Shown here: positions 48,991 through 58,813 of the stretch, piece after piece
Numbering within the stretch: position 1 is the first letter of the stretch
How the letters are laid out: each line of letters starts with the position of its first letter
IMG/VR virus record: IMGVR_UViG_3300023184_009074
Span: 1-64,000 of that record
Length of the DNA stretch: 64,000 nt
Source: a virus
Strand: one strand, 5' to 3'
Notes under the pieces: generated by a model
Databases searched by the model: none
What the model saw: only the letters and a program-made list of their open reading frames with translations
Told to the model about the DNA's origin: nothing
Position numbers and translations under genes: made by a program

Positions 48991-49209
48991 TTATTTTTTC
49001 TTGTTTTGTTTTCTTACTTCTTCGTTTTCTTTATTTCTTTGCTCAATAAATCTTTCAATCATGAACGATCTTTCATTAATCGGCATGGACATAACAGAAA
49101 ATCTATCCATGTGAAGGTGATATTGAAAGAAAAATATTATTTCCGCTAAATTACTCCATAGAATTAGGCTTGGGTCACTTCCTTCTTCCGCCTTGGGAAG
49201 AAAAAATTT
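48991..49209 (-). CDS. T4 gp51-like ORF probably expressed by -1 frameshift from the gp26-like gene
   Basis: The -1 frame opens after a TGA at the slippery site: KFFLPKAEEGSDPSLILWSNLAEIIFFFQYHLHMDRFSVMSMPINERSFMIERFIEQRNKENEE... Confidence 0.75.
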   Translation of the reverse strand, partial: KFFLPKAEEGSDPSLILWSNLAEIIFFFQYHLHMDRFSVMSMPINERSFMIERFIEQRNKENEEVRKQNKKK

Positions 49210-50264
49210 GTATCAAGCGGAAGATCAATTTCAAATTCTGCCGAACAATTTGGGCATCCTAAAGGAATCTTTGTATCTAGGCCCCAGTCTGGATCAGTTA
49301 CAAGCCCTCTTAAATAAGAAACATCTTGCATTGGAAGATTTTTTATAAGTGTTAGTATTTCGTTTTTATCTCTTACATTTTCTATGCTTTCTACTAATTG
49401 TGCCATGCGGAAAGTAATAGTATCATCTGCTGCTTGGTCGCCAAATTTCTTTACTCTTCTTTCACGATGCTCTTGTATTTCATTTTCGTCTTTTCCAATA
49501 GACATACGATAGGTAAAGCTAAAACCAGTTTTTGGTAACTTGCCACGCAAATCCATACCAGCATCACTAGGATTTTCTACTGGGATATTATTTAAATCAA
49601 TTACTGTTGCAAATTTTGAACTACAATCAGGACACTTTATTTCAACATCATAATCTGGTCCATAGCTAATACCACGAAGATAGATAAGCAAAAATGTGCG
49701 ATCAATTGAAAGTAATTCTTGAGTTTTTACAGGCTCTTGAATGCATCTTTGGAAAATCATGTCAATTGCTTGACCTTTTTTTACAAATCTTGGTGTTGCT
49801 AAAATTTGTTCTTCTTCTCCTGTCATTGGTCTAATATTGAGTTTGCCGTTAATTGGACCATCTTCGCCATTGTAAAATCTACCAAGTGACGGAAGAGTAA
49901 TTTCTTCATAGATAAACGATTGTCCTTTGATCGCTTCTAGAAGATTTGCAAGTTCTAAACTTGCGTTTCTTGGAATTACAATATTTGGTTTTACAGGACC
50001 AGTATTAACGGAATTATTAGAATTACTATTCATGAACGGACTGTCTTCTTGGTTTGATTGCTGTGCTTTTTGCATTGCTGCTGCAACTTGAGGAGGCATA
50101 CGACCACTAACTCCAGGAATACTCATCACATCTTCTGGTCTTAGAGATTTAGGCTGTTGATTTTGTGGCTGAACATTCTGTCTTAATGGATGATTATCTG
50201 GCAATGATTCAAGATCTTCTTTAGAAATATTTGATGGTTGTGGTCTGTAAATATCTTCGGCCAT
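49164..50264 (-). CDS. T4 gp26-like baseplate hub / tail assembly chaperone
   Basis: ITLPSLG, IRPMTGEEEQIL, DRTFLLIYLRGISYG, two CxxC motifs, C-terminal NFFFP. Confidence 0.85.
   Translation of the reverse strand: MAEDIYRPQPSNISKEDLESLPDNHPLRQNVQPQNQQPKSLRPEDVMSIPGVSGRMPPQVAAAMQKAQQSNQEDSPFMNSNSNNSVNTGPVKPNIVIPRNASLELANLLEAIKGQSFIYEEITLPSLGRFYNGEDGPINGKLNIRPMTGEEEQILATPRFVKKGQAIDMIFQRCIQEPVKTQELLSIDRTFLLIYLRGISYGPDYDVEIKCPDCSSKFATVIDLNNIPVENPSDAGMDLRGKLPKTGFSFTYRMSIGKDENEIQEHRERRVKKFGDQAADDTITFRMAQLVESIENVRDKNEILTLIKNLPMQDVSYLRGLVTDPDWGLDTKIPLGCPNCSAEFEIDLPLDTNFFFPRRKKEVTQA
49200..49209 (-). promoter_or_regulatory. -1 ribosomal frameshift slippery site
   Basis: A AAT TTT TTC holds two overlapping in-frame X XXY YYZ heptamers. 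Confidence 0.72.
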
Positions 50265-50337
50265 TTTAATTTTGCTCCTAATTTTTAAAAATGTATAATA
50301 TTATTATAATTATAACACGGAAAAAATTCAAATAAAT

Positions 50338-50703
50338 ATGATTTTTTTAAGCATAAACAATATAGAAGATTTGATATTTACTGATAAAAAAATACGGACT
50401 TTACTTCCAAAGTACAAATATTTATTTGATAGCTTTGATCTTTCTAAAGTAAGTCCAGCCCTTAGACAGCTTGGAATTAGATGTTTAAATGATTTTTTAA
50501 AACAAATTAAAGAAGAAGATTTGAAAATTATTGAAAATTATTTAAATCAAAAAGTGCAAGTAAATCAATTAAATTTAGATGTTGTAAAAAATATAGAAAC
50601 TGATATTAACTATGCTGAATTAGAACTACCAGAATTTTACAACTGTATAGATATTTCAATTTATAGAAAAAAAGATGAATTAAAAATATCTTTGTGGAAG
50701 TAA
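50338..50703 (+). CDS. hypothetical protein
   Basis: Open ORF. Confidence 0.65.
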   Translation: MIFLSINNIEDLIFTDKKIRTLLPKYKYLFDSFDLSKVSPALRQLGIRCLNDFLKQIKEEDLKIIENYLNQKVQVNQLNLDVVKNIETDINYAELELPEFYNCIDISIYRKKDELKISLWK

Positions 50704-50750
50704 ATTTTTAGCATATAATATATTAATATTTAGTCAAAGGAAGTAACAAC

Positions 50751-51191
50751 ATGTATTTAGATAACAGTTTTTCGTTTTTTATATTTGCTTTTGGATGCAT
50801 AGGCATAACAAGTATTATTGTAGATGGAGAAATATTTAGACCATTTAGAGAATATTTGAAAGCCAAAGCTCCAGATTTTATAAGTAAATTATTAAGTTGC
50901 TATCAATGTTCTGGGTTTTGGGTCGGTACAATTTTTGGTGGATTGCTTTTTTGGAACAATTTTTATGTAGAAAGCATTCATGCTACTTTAGCTTTTATAT
51001 TTCTTGCTGGTGGAGCTTCTAGTGCTTTGAGTTATTTCTGGGCTTTGTATTTAACATATTTAGAAGCAAATTCTTTGATTAAATTGGATTCCGATCAAAG
51101 TTTTGATAACGACAGCAATCAAAGTTTTGATAACGACAGCAATCAAAGTTTTGATAACGACAGCAATTTGAGAGATCCAAGTAATGGCTGA
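50751..51191 (+). CDS. DUF1360-like membrane protein
   Basis: TM helices, IFRPFRE, LLSCYQCSGFWVG. Confidence 0.7.
   Translation: MYLDNSFSFFIFAFGCIGITSIIVDGEIFRPFREYLKAKAPDFISKLLSCYQCSGFWVGTIFGGLLFWNNFYVESIHATLAFIFLAGGASSALSYFWALYLTYLEANSLIKLDSDQSFDNDSNQSFDNDSNQSFDNDSNLRDPSNG
51094..51165 (+). repeat. 24-nt perfect tandem repeat x3 (QSFDNDSN)
   Basis: atcaaagttttgataacgacagca repeated three times. Confidence 0.92.
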
Positions 51192-51564
51192 TATTATTAG
51201 TTTGTTAGATGTAAAAAGAGCATTGCGTGACAGTGAATTTAGAAAAGAATTACCATCTTCGTTGTTAGATGATGTTCAAAAATTTTTAAATAATCCTGGA
51301 TGCGTTTGTAATGTTCCAATATATAGAAAAATAATGAAATTTGGTGGAGAACAACTCAAGAAATACTTTTCAGAAAAAATACTTGTCACGCCAGAAGAAG
51401 AAGAAGCAAAATTAGCAAAAAATAACTGGAGTGTTATAAACTGTAGTATAGGTGAATTAGAAGCAAATTTAAAAAAATTAAATAAAGGAAGAAAACAAAT
51501 AGCTATATCAAGATATGAAGACCAAGTTACTGTAATTATAAACGAATTAGATATTTTATTTTAA
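51184..51564 (+). CDS. hypothetical protein
   Basis: Open ORF with an NPGCVCN motif. Confidence 0.7.
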   Translation: MADIISLLDVKRALRDSEFRKELPSSLLDDVQKFLNNPGCVCNVPIYRKIMKFGGEQLKKYFSEKILVTPEEEEAKLAKNNWSVINCSIGELEANLKKLNKGRKQIAISRYEDQVTVIINELDILF

Positions 51565-52497
51565 ATTAAAAGTCATTTGATTTTCTATCATTTTTTTACA
51601 TGAATCTATCATTTTAAGAGGATATTTTTTATACTTTTCTGGAATAATAAACCAATCATCATGTATATTTCTATTTTTACCAGATATAATTGCGTACTCG
51701 TAAAATTTTAAAGCATGTCTAAAGGCTTTGCTTTCATACCAATAATCACCTACAAAACACCAAAATTCAGCCATTTGTGGCATTTTTGCTAAGCAAGTAA
51801 CAATGTTTTGAATTATTTTATTTTTATCAATATTCTTATACATTAAAATACTAGAAATATAAAATCTTATTAATATTTCATTTTCTTCTTTAATATTTTT
51901 ACTAAATAAAAATTTTTCTGCTTCGCAGATAAAATTATCATATTCTCCATTAATTAAGAAATTCATGGCTTTGTAATAATTTATCTGATTATTCAAAGGT
52001 TCTTGAATATGCCATTTTTCAAGTATTTCTTTGTAATTTTTTCTTTTACAATTTGTTGCATTTATAAAAATACCTTTGTTTAATTCAAATGTTTGGTCTT
52101 CTATAGACTCAAATACTTTATTTGAAAAAATAAATTTTTCTTTAAGACATATTCTAGTTTCTTTAACAATTGTAGTGTCGTAAACAATAGAAATTTTGCA
52201 ATTTTTATTTTCAACTAATGATTTAATTGATTTAGTAATTAAAATTTCTCCAACATTAATACTTAAAAGTAAATTATTTGGCAAGATATGATTGTTTTTA
52301 TTTCTTAGCTTTGAATAATCTTCTTCCCATGAATTGTCTTTTATAATTACAATTGTTGGTTGTTCTTCTATGTCTTTTGGTAATGTCGAAGTAGTGATAA
52401 TATAAATATCATCAACTTCTTCATTTAAAGAAATTAAAGTTTTCTTTAAATCTTTGTAGTTTTCATCATGGAATAATATTACTGCGGTTATTTTCAA
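51556..52497 (-). CDS. GT2-like (degenerate) plus TPR protein
   Basis: KITAVIL...VDDIYI...WEEDYSKLRN; C-terminal PQMAEFWCFVGD...ALKFYEYA TPR. Confidence 0.7.
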   Translation of the reverse strand: MKITAVILFHDENYKDLKKTLISLNEEVDDIYIITTSTLPKDIEEQPTIVIIKDNSWEEDYSKLRNKNNHILPNNLLLSINVGEILITKSIKSLVENKNCKISIVYDTTIVKETRICLKEKFIFSNKVFESIEDQTFELNKGIFINATNCKRKNYKEILEKWHIQEPLNNQINYYKAMNFLINGEYDNFICEAEKFLFSKNIKEENEILIRFYISSILMYKNIDKNKIIQNIVTCLAKMPQMAEFWCFVGDYWYESKAFRHALKFYEYAIISGKNRNIHDDWFIIPEKYKKYPLKMIDSCKKMIENQMTFNLK

Positions 52498-52654
52498 CTT
52501 TATTGTTCTCTACTATTATTTGATTGAAAATATTAGCATGATTCTTTAAATTGTTCTTTTCGTAATAATCTCTTATTTCTGATAAATCTTTTAAGCTAAA
52601 TGGATTATTAAAAAGATTTATTAGATTATTGTAAAAATTTTTAATCATTGTCAA
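52466..52654 (-). CDS. small hypothetical protein
   Basis: Overlaps both neighbours in the operon. Confidence 0.5.
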   Translation of the reverse strand: MTMIKNFYNNLINLFNNPFSLKDLSEIRDYYEKNNLKNHANIFNQIIVENNKVENNRSNIIP

Positions 52655-53162
52655 AATTATTATTTCTATAATAGTTTTCTTTTATTTTCATAGAATAAGT
52701 ACTCGACATTGATTTTTGATACATATCATTTATTCTACGCTTCAATTCTTGGTAATTTCTAGCTGCTCTATACAATTGTTTAAAATGATTCAGAATACAT
52801 GTAGTCATATAATTAAAAGCTTTACCCTTTGCAGGATCGAATTTTTCTGCTCTTTCAAAACAAATTACAACTCCTTCTTGAATAGAATCATCTTGATCTA
52901 TATGGCTGAACTTTGCGTATTTAACGATGTTCTCTGACAAAGTGTAGAAAGCTTTAGCTAATTCAGTTTGTGCTTCTAAATGGCTTTTCTGAGCTTCTAA
53001 TGGCTGAGTAAGCGGTATGAATAAAACTTTATCTTTGCTGTTTTTTTTATGTATTTCTACATCTTCATGAAGTATTTCATATTTTAATTTATTTTTTTTC
53101 GTTTCTTGAAAATTAATAATTAATTTTTCAAATGTCCTGTTATTTAAATATTCATTGCTCAT
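52641..53162 (-). CDS. T4 gp55-like late sigma factor
   Basis: YLNN..F, DDSIQEGV..C.....KFDP.K.KAFNYMTTCILNHF; region 2 only. Confidence 0.8.
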   Translation of the reverse strand: MSNEYLNNRTFEKLIINFQETKKNKLKYEILHEDVEIHKKNSKDKVLFIPLTQPLEAQKSHLEAQTELAKAFYTLSENIVKYAKFSHIDQDDSIQEGVVICFERAEKFDPAKGKAFNYMTTCILNHFKQLYRAARNYQELKRRINDMYQKSMSSTYSMKIKENYYRNNNFDND

Positions 53163-53226
53163 TAAGATAAAATAGTTTGTTTTTTATAATTTATACGATA
53201 AAATATTATATAACGAAAGGATAAAT

Positions 53227-53466
53227 GTGATAAAAGATTTTATTGAAATTTTAGAAAGACAAGAACTTTTACAAAAAATTGAAGATGCTGGATTTAAACA
53301 AATCATAGATACTTTGCTTTTGAACGAAAATAAAGTTTATACAAAAAAAGGAAGGCTTAATAAAAGTGGTGCATGTAGAATTTTAAAATGTAAACCAAAA
53401 GACTTAGAAGATTTGCTTAAAAAATTTCGTGATATTATTAATGCTAACCAATTCTTGGAAAAGTAA
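53227..53466 (+). CDS. small helix-turn-helix protein
   Basis: NKSGACRILKCKPKDLEDLL HTH-like segment. Confidence 0.65.
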   Translation: MIKDFIEILERQELLQKIEDAGFKQIIDTLLLNENKVYTKKGRLNKSGACRILKCKPKDLEDLLKKFRDIINANQFLEK

Positions 53467-53469
53467 TTT

Positions 53470-53970
53470 TTAGTCATTAAAATACGCCCTGTCATATTTT
53501 AATGACAGGGAGATATTTAAAATATCATTGCTACTCATGTCTAAATCATCAAAATTAATTTCTTCAGGATATGAATTTTCAAAAGTCCAGCTTTCTATTG
53601 TGTTTCCACAACCATCAAGCATGGTTAAAAGTGCTTGTTTTTTATATTTGGCATCAAGTACATAATTATAATTTCCATCTTTTGGGTTGTAAAAAGGTTT
53701 AATCCAATTTGTCCAAATAGGATTCATATTACACTTCGTATCATATAAAACAATATTAATTGGTTTCCATTCAGGCTTAACTGGAAATGATATTGTTTCA
53801 TTTAAATGTTCAAATGTTTGTGATTTAAAACTTAAGGTTGGTCTAGCTCCTTTGTTTGGTAAAAGAGCATTAACGCTACCTCCAATAATATTATCAATAG
53901 AAAATAACCAACGAAACTTTCTTTTAAAAGTTGCATTACTTAAATTTCCTAACCCCATTTGATATGCCAT
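53470..53970 (-). CDS. tail tube paralog (gp19/gp54-like)
   Basis: FKRKFRW, RPTL, W.PI.I..YD, LTMLDGCGNTIESW, LDMSS, L.YD.A. Confidence 0.85.
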   Translation of the reverse strand: MAYQMGLGNLSNATFKRKFRWLFSIDNIIGGSVNALLPNKGARPTLSFKSQTFEHLNETISFPVKPEWKPINIVLYDTKCNMNPIWTNWIKPFYNPKDGNYNYVLDAKYKKQALLTMLDGCGNTIESWTFENSYPEEINFDDLDMSSNDILNISLSLKYDRAYFND

Positions 53971-53992
53971 ATGATTATATAGTAGTTTAAAT

Positions 53993-54026
53993 AAAAAAAG
54001 CTTGCATTATTAAATGCAAGCTTTTT
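53993..54026 (-). terminator. intrinsic terminator after the major tube gene
   Basis: aaaaagcttgcatt-atta-aatgcaagcttttt 14-bp stem. Confidence 0.82.
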
Positions 54027-54046
54027 ATTAAATAATTGAGTATTAC

Positions 54047-54688
54047 TCAACCAGTTGGTTGAGTTTGATTTCCAACAGAGCCAGGTTGTTTCTCGTCAAA
54101 TGTTCCACAGCCAGCACAATAAATATCGAAATCTTTAGCACAGGCACTATTGGGAATGTATTGAAAGTTTCTGTATCTTAAAGTCACATCAATTGTACAT
54201 TCATCATTTGAAGAATAATCTAATTCTCCAAAATTTATTTGAGTAGGCCAACAATCTAGATAAATAAATTTATCAATAGTATTGCCACAGCCATCAAGCA
54301 TAGTTAATACCCCTTCATCGGCAGTGTAACCACCAATAGTAGCTTGTTTTGAAGATTGACTTAGACCAATAGGATCTGTAAAGTTATACACAGTTGCCAA
54401 CCAAGTAAATAAGCTTGATATAACATCGCCACCTTCACCACTTGCTATATCATAATAAGTTACTTGAGTAGTATCAGGAGTTCCTTTGCCAGGAATCCAC
54501 ATTTTTCCATTTAAATAATTAATTTCAGTTTCTTCAATTGTTAAGCTTGGCCTATTTGCAGCCTTAACAAAAGATGGTGCTATGTATTTTTTTCTACAAA
54601 CATTAAAAAATTCCATAGTCCAACGAAATTTTCTTTTGAAAATATTATCAGCAGTTCCCAGTAACCCTAAACCCATTTGTGTTGCCAT
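54047..54688 (-). CDS. tail tube protein (T4 gp19-like)
   Basis: Directly after the sheath; RPSLTIEE, WIPGK, WPTQINFGELDYSS, VTLRY. Confidence 0.88.
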   Translation of the reverse strand: MATQMGLGLLGTADNIFKRKFRWTMEFFNVCRKKYIAPSFVKAANRPSLTIEETEINYLNGKMWIPGKGTPDTTQVTYYDIASGEGGDVISSLFTWLATVYNFTDPIGLSQSSKQATIGGYTADEGVLTMLDGCGNTIDKFIYLDCWPTQINFGELDYSSNDECTIDVTLRYRNFQYIPNSACAKDFDIYCAGCGTFDEKQPGSVGNQTQPTG

Positions 54689-54714
54689 TTTTTTCTCCTT
54701 GTCTTAAATTTAAA

Positions 54715-57051
54715 TTAAATAGTGCCAGTTCTTTGTATTGTAAATTCAATAAATATGAATTCTACTGCCTTAGTTGGAATTATGCCAATTTTTGCTCTCA
54801 ATTCGTTTCTATCAATAACATCAGGAGTATTTAGCTTTTCATCGCATTCAACTGTGTAAGCAATTAATCCTCTTTGTATTAATACAGAATCTAATATTCT
54901 TTTTGCTAATGAAACAAATTGACTTCTTGTTGATTCATCGTTAGGTTCAAACAATAGTGATTTTGCACTATTTTTAATTTGTCTTTCAACATAAAACATC
55001 ATTCTGCGAACATTTACTCGATCAAGAGCAGTTGGTCGCCTTTGTAATGTTTTCTGTCCGAATATTACAAAACCATTGGTGTCAGCAAATGTAACAATAG
55101 GATTTATAGCATTGCCATTGCCATACATCAGATCTCTTTCTGCTAAGGTTGGCCTATTGTAAACATCTAAAACATTATTTAAAACACCTCTGGTAAGACC
55201 AGCAGGAGCATACCAAGGACCAGCATTATTATCGTTTTGTGCATAAACGCCACAAACAGAACCGCTTGGTGGAACCCAAACATTAATTCCATTGTCTGCA
55301 TCGTTAATCATTAACCAAGGCCAGTACAAAGCTGCGAAGTCAGTATTTAAAGGGAAACTATTTAGTGGATGAACACCATTTGCCCATTGAATAATTTCAC
55401 GAACAGTTAATCCAAAAGGTGGATCAATTATTGCAAAAGCATCTCCACGCTCTGTACACATATCAATCAAGGCCTTGACAACTCTTGTTGAGGAATGCCC
55501 AGGAACTGCTACGACATCAATTGTTAGCTGATCTGGCTCACTTAATGCCCAAAGACCAGTATAAGATATGCGATTTCCAATCAAAAGTGAATCTTGATCA
55601 TCTGGATCAGGTGGAATACCATCAGTTCCCCCAGTTAAAACAGATCCAGCTGGGCTATTGTTTGCTGGTGGAGCAGCAACAAGTGTATTATCAATAGCTC
55701 TTATATAGTCACTAACAAGATTCAAGTAAGTTTCAATATAATAACGACTGCCAGGATTCTTTGATAATTGACCCCAAGCTTCGACTTGAAATCCTTTGTT
55801 GAAAACCAAAAGATTAAAATTACCAGTCTCAGGATCGTTTTCAATAAGAATAGAAGTATCATTTCCATCAATACCAGCTGAATCAGCAGTAATAGTCATG
55901 CTAACATCAGTTGTCGAAGAAACGCCATTAATTATACCTAAAGTATCAACATTTATATCTGAACTGCTTCCAGCAGGAGAAACACCGATTGCTGTAGTTC
56001 CAGTAAATCCAAATACAACTGATGCAGTTGCATTTGTTTTTATTAAAATTTTTGCATCTCTACCATTATGAAGAGTTTCAAATGCTAATTTATCTCCAAT
56101 GGCTTTTGCATAAAAACCACCTGGTAAGTTTAATATCTCAGTATTGATTGCCGATACTACATCTGCAATTACTTGATTAGATCCTTCAATTGAAGCAAGA
56201 GATATAACTTGAATTACTCCATCAATATTTGGATTATCAGTTCCATCTACTACTATTTCTAAACTTTGACTAGTAAGACCAGTAAAATCATAGCTGCCAT
56301 CTGCTTGATAAGGATCGGAAGTTGGGTATTTAGAAGAAGCACCAGTACTTTCAGCTGTCATCATTCCAGTTCCAAGACCAACTTCACTATTTTCGCCATA
56401 AAGTGAATTTAAAACAGAAACAAATTCAATAGAGGCTTCGTTTCCATATGCCCAAACTGATTTTACGCCAAGGGTATCGCTGAAGCCATCAGTATAAACG
56501 AAGAATTCAATACCGTCAATATCTGGAATTAATTGATCGTTTAATAAGTTTACAATTTCAGCAGCTGTATAAGTTCCTGTTGGAACTACAACAATTTTTG
56601 AAGCCAAAGTTCCATTTAGTTTCCATCTAAAGAAACTATCGTTAGAAATTACATAGGTATTGTAAGCTCCAATATAGTTTGAATGAATTTCTACAACAGA
56701 ACCAGCAGCAGTCAAATCAACGCTTGCAGTCGTTGCAGCGTAATCAACAACAGTATTTGTTTCTGCAACTCTTAAAATATAACAAGCTTGTGAAGATCTA
56801 AGATATTGTGAAGCAGCATAAATAAGATAAGGATCGCCAGTATCAGGATGTGCATAGCCAAAAACTCTAGTTAAATCATTTTGGTTATTAATAAGTGTAG
56901 GTAGATTGATTGGGCCTTTTGATGCAAATCCAACGAAAGCCCCAATGGTTCCGCTTTGAAGAGTATCTCCATAAAAGCTTAAGTCTCTCTCAGCAATTCT
57001 TACTGAAGGACTAATAGTATTTGAAGGTGGAAAGCCTTTTAATAATGCCAT
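54715..57051 (-). CDS. contractile tail sheath protein (T4 gp18-like)
   Basis: ISPSVRIAERDLS, GFASKGP, YWPW, PWYAPAG..RG, FGQKTL, DRVNVRR, LFEPND, PTKAVEFI. Confidence 0.95.
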   Translation of the reverse strand: MALLKGFPPSNTISPSVRIAERDLSFYGDTLQSGTIGAFVGFASKGPINLPTLINNQNDLTRVFGYAHPDTGDPYLIYAASQYLRSSQACYILRVAETNTVVDYAATTASVDLTAAGSVVEIHSNYIGAYNTYVISNDSFFRWKLNGTLASKIVVVPTGTYTAAEIVNLLNDQLIPDIDGIEFFVYTDGFSDTLGVKSVWAYGNEASIEFVSVLNSLYGENSEVGLGTGMMTAESTGASSKYPTSDPYQADGSYDFTGLTSQSLEIVVDGTDNPNIDGVIQVISLASIEGSNQVIADVVSAINTEILNLPGGFYAKAIGDKLAFETLHNGRDAKILIKTNATASVVFGFTGTTAIGVSPAGSSSDINVDTLGIINGVSSTTDVSMTITADSAGIDGNDTSILIENDPETGNFNLLVFNKGFQVEAWGQLSKNPGSRYYIETYLNLVSDYIRAIDNTLVAAPPANNSPAGSVLTGGTDGIPPDPDDQDSLLIGNRISYTGLWALSEPDQLTIDVVAVPGHSSTRVVKALIDMCTERGDAFAIIDPPFGLTVREIIQWANGVHPLNSFPLNTDFAALYWPWLMINDADNGINVWVPPSGSVCGVYAQNDNNAGPWYAPAGLTRGVLNNVLDVYNRPTLAERDLMYGNGNAINPIVTFADTNGFVIFGQKTLQRRPTALDRVNVRRMMFYVERQIKNSAKSLLFEPNDESTRSQFVSLAKRILDSVLIQRGLIAYTVECDEKLNTPDVIDRNELRAKIGIIPTKAVEFIFIEFTIQRTGTI

Positions 57052-57070
57052 GATTTTTCTCCCTTTTTTC

Positions 57071-57271
57071 TTATACGGTTCGTTTAGTAGTAATTAATCC
57101 TGCTTCAACAGCACGATCTATATATTCAGTTGCTCTTTCATCTTGTAACAAAAAAATATTATTTTTTTTGCCAATTCCTGGAATATTCAAGCAAGTGAAT
57201 GAATTTGGTATTTTTGTAGATTTAACTACAATTTGCACTGGGTATTTTTTCTTGTTTGTAATTTCAATCAT
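57071..57271 (-). CDS. small tail-operon protein
   Basis: Lies between the terminator and sheath genes, with an ATGA overlap. Confidence 0.7.
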   Translation of the reverse strand: MIEITNKKKYPVQIVVKSTKIPNSFTCLNIPGIGKKNNIFLLQDERATEYIDRAVEAGLITTKRTV

Positions 57272-58260
57272 TTACTTAACTCCTTAACCGATTCTTCAAT
57301 TCTTCCGATTACTTCTGTAATGTCTTCTTCCTTTAAGCCATTTACAAATTCTGTTCTTGTTTCCAAAACAGTTTTTTTTCTCACAAGAGGTTGTGCTACA
57401 TAAGTCTCGGCAGTCAATGAGATTTCATATTTTATGACTCTTAATGCAGCATCACCTGGTTCTTGATTTAGGTTATTTGCAATCGAATCAAGCTTAACTG
57501 GAATCTCCCAATTAATACCTCGTACAGTTATATATGAAATAGGTGAGAATTTTAAAAAAATTTGTTCTAAAATTTGATTAATATCTTCAACATACAAAGT
57601 CCATATTCCTAATTTATAAGAAACATCAATTGGTATTCCTCTTGAAACTCCAAAGACTGTATCTTTTTCATATTTTTCAGATCCATAAAAACTTGGCTTG
57701 CCTTTTACATCTCTAAGATAATTTACTGCTGCATGATATGTATAACGATTTTGATTGAAAGAATACCCAGTGCTACTTATAGACATCATTGGAATTCTTA
57801 TTCTATCAACAACTAATGTATCGTCTTTTCTTGCGTTTTCTTGGAGCATAAAAGCAACGGCTCTTTCTTGTGTGCCCCAGATAATAGGAATTGGATGTGC
57901 TTTGCCAGATTCATCTATAACAACTATATTTCTAAACAATCCCATTACAGCTTCATCTGTTCCACGCAAAGATTTTGCATATCTAAAAACTGTATCACGC
58001 ACTGGAGTTTCTAGATCATTTATAATTTTTCCACTTTGAATTGGATCGCAATTATTTTCTTGCCCTAAATTTGTTTTTGTATTTTGCGAATCAGTAAACC
58101 AACTTTCTTTAGCTCCATCTACATTATTTTGATTTAAAGGATCTTTATTACAGTAACCAGGAGGCGGATCAATATTATTGCTTTGTCCTAAAGGACTTTT
58201 GCAATTGATATTGTTTAGTGCTTCTTCTGAAGAATTAATTTGTGGACCAAAATTTTTCAT
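57268..58260 (-). CDS. tail terminator / sheath stabilizer (T4 gp15-like)
   Basis: IPIIWGTQER, RIPMMSI, PIDVSYKL, DINQILEQI..KF.P. Confidence 0.8.
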   Translation of the reverse strand: MKNFGPQINSSEEALNNINCKSPLGQSNNIDPPPGYCNKDPLNQNNVDGAKESWFTDSQNTKTNLGQENNCDPIQSGKIINDLETPVRDTVFRYAKSLRGTDEAVMGLFRNIVVIDESGKAHPIPIIWGTQERAVAFMLQENARKDDTLVVDRIRIPMMSISSTGYSFNQNRYTYHAAVNYLRDVKGKPSFYGSEKYEKDTVFGVSRGIPIDVSYKLGIWTLYVEDINQILEQIFLKFSPISYITVRGINWEIPVKLDSIANNLNQEPGDAALRVIKYEISLTAETYVAQPLVRKKTVLETRTEFVNGLKEEDITEVIGRIEESVKELSK

Positions 58261-58303
58261 TTTAAAACCTTTTAAATATTTATTATAACATAATAAATAA
58301 ATT

Positions 58304-58525
58304 ATGATTAATTTTAAAGAATGGTTAAAATTACAAGAATATGCTTTTCATAATTATTTTGGACCACTTACTGGAACAGGGGTAAACGATGAACCTTTTT
58401 CAAAAGCAGGTGTGCGTTCTAAATATATTGGACCAGCAGATACATTCAGTTCTAATGGAATAGAGAACACTCCTGAATGTTTATATTTAAAAAAACATTG
58501 TCCCAAGAAACATAAAAGGAAATAA
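58304..58525 (+). CDS. small protein with a CTS-like N-terminus
   Basis: MINFKEWLKLQE; TAAATA-N4-ATG. Confidence 0.7.
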   Translation: MINFKEWLKLQEYAFHNYFGPLTGTGVNDEPFSKAGVRSKYIGPADTFSSNGIENTPECLYLKKHCPKKHKRK

Positions 58526-58803
58526 TGGCATCATTAGGATTTTTAATTGAAAAGCTTTCTAAATCTACAGATTCAAACAAAGAAGAAAAAATAAAAGAAA
58601 TAATATCTTTTGGTAAAAATATTCGTGATGATTTTTGGGATGATTTTATTTTATTATTAAATGATCCTGATGGATTGTCTGCATTATTAGGAGTATCAGA
58701 AGATTTAATTGTAACATGGCATAGTAAAATTAAAAAATATTTAAATGATAAAGATGATGAATTAGAGATATATAAAAAAAGAAGAAAAATTTTAAAAAAT
58801 TGA
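58525..58803 (+). CDS. hypothetical protein
   Basis: TAATG translational coupling with the previous gene. Confidence 0.7.
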   Translation: MASLGFLIEKLSKSTDSNKEEKIKEIISFGKNIRDDFWDDFILLLNDPDGLSALLGVSEDLIVTWHSKIKKYLNDKDDELEIYKKRRKILKN

Positions 58804-58813
58804 AAGGAAAAAA

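Noticed and set aside
51094-51165. Regulatory iteron or mini-CRISPR
   Set aside because: It is a perfect 24-nt in-frame tandem in a protein tail with no spacers, consistent with simple slippage expansion.
2185-58039. Many short ORF-track calls nested in or antisense to long genes (e.g. 2185, 8244, 9162, 14048, 15855, 28853, 29869, 41941, 55796, 57755)
   Set aside because: They overlap well-supported genes almost entirely and lack motifs or RBSs; this is expected antisense openness in AT-rich coding DNA.
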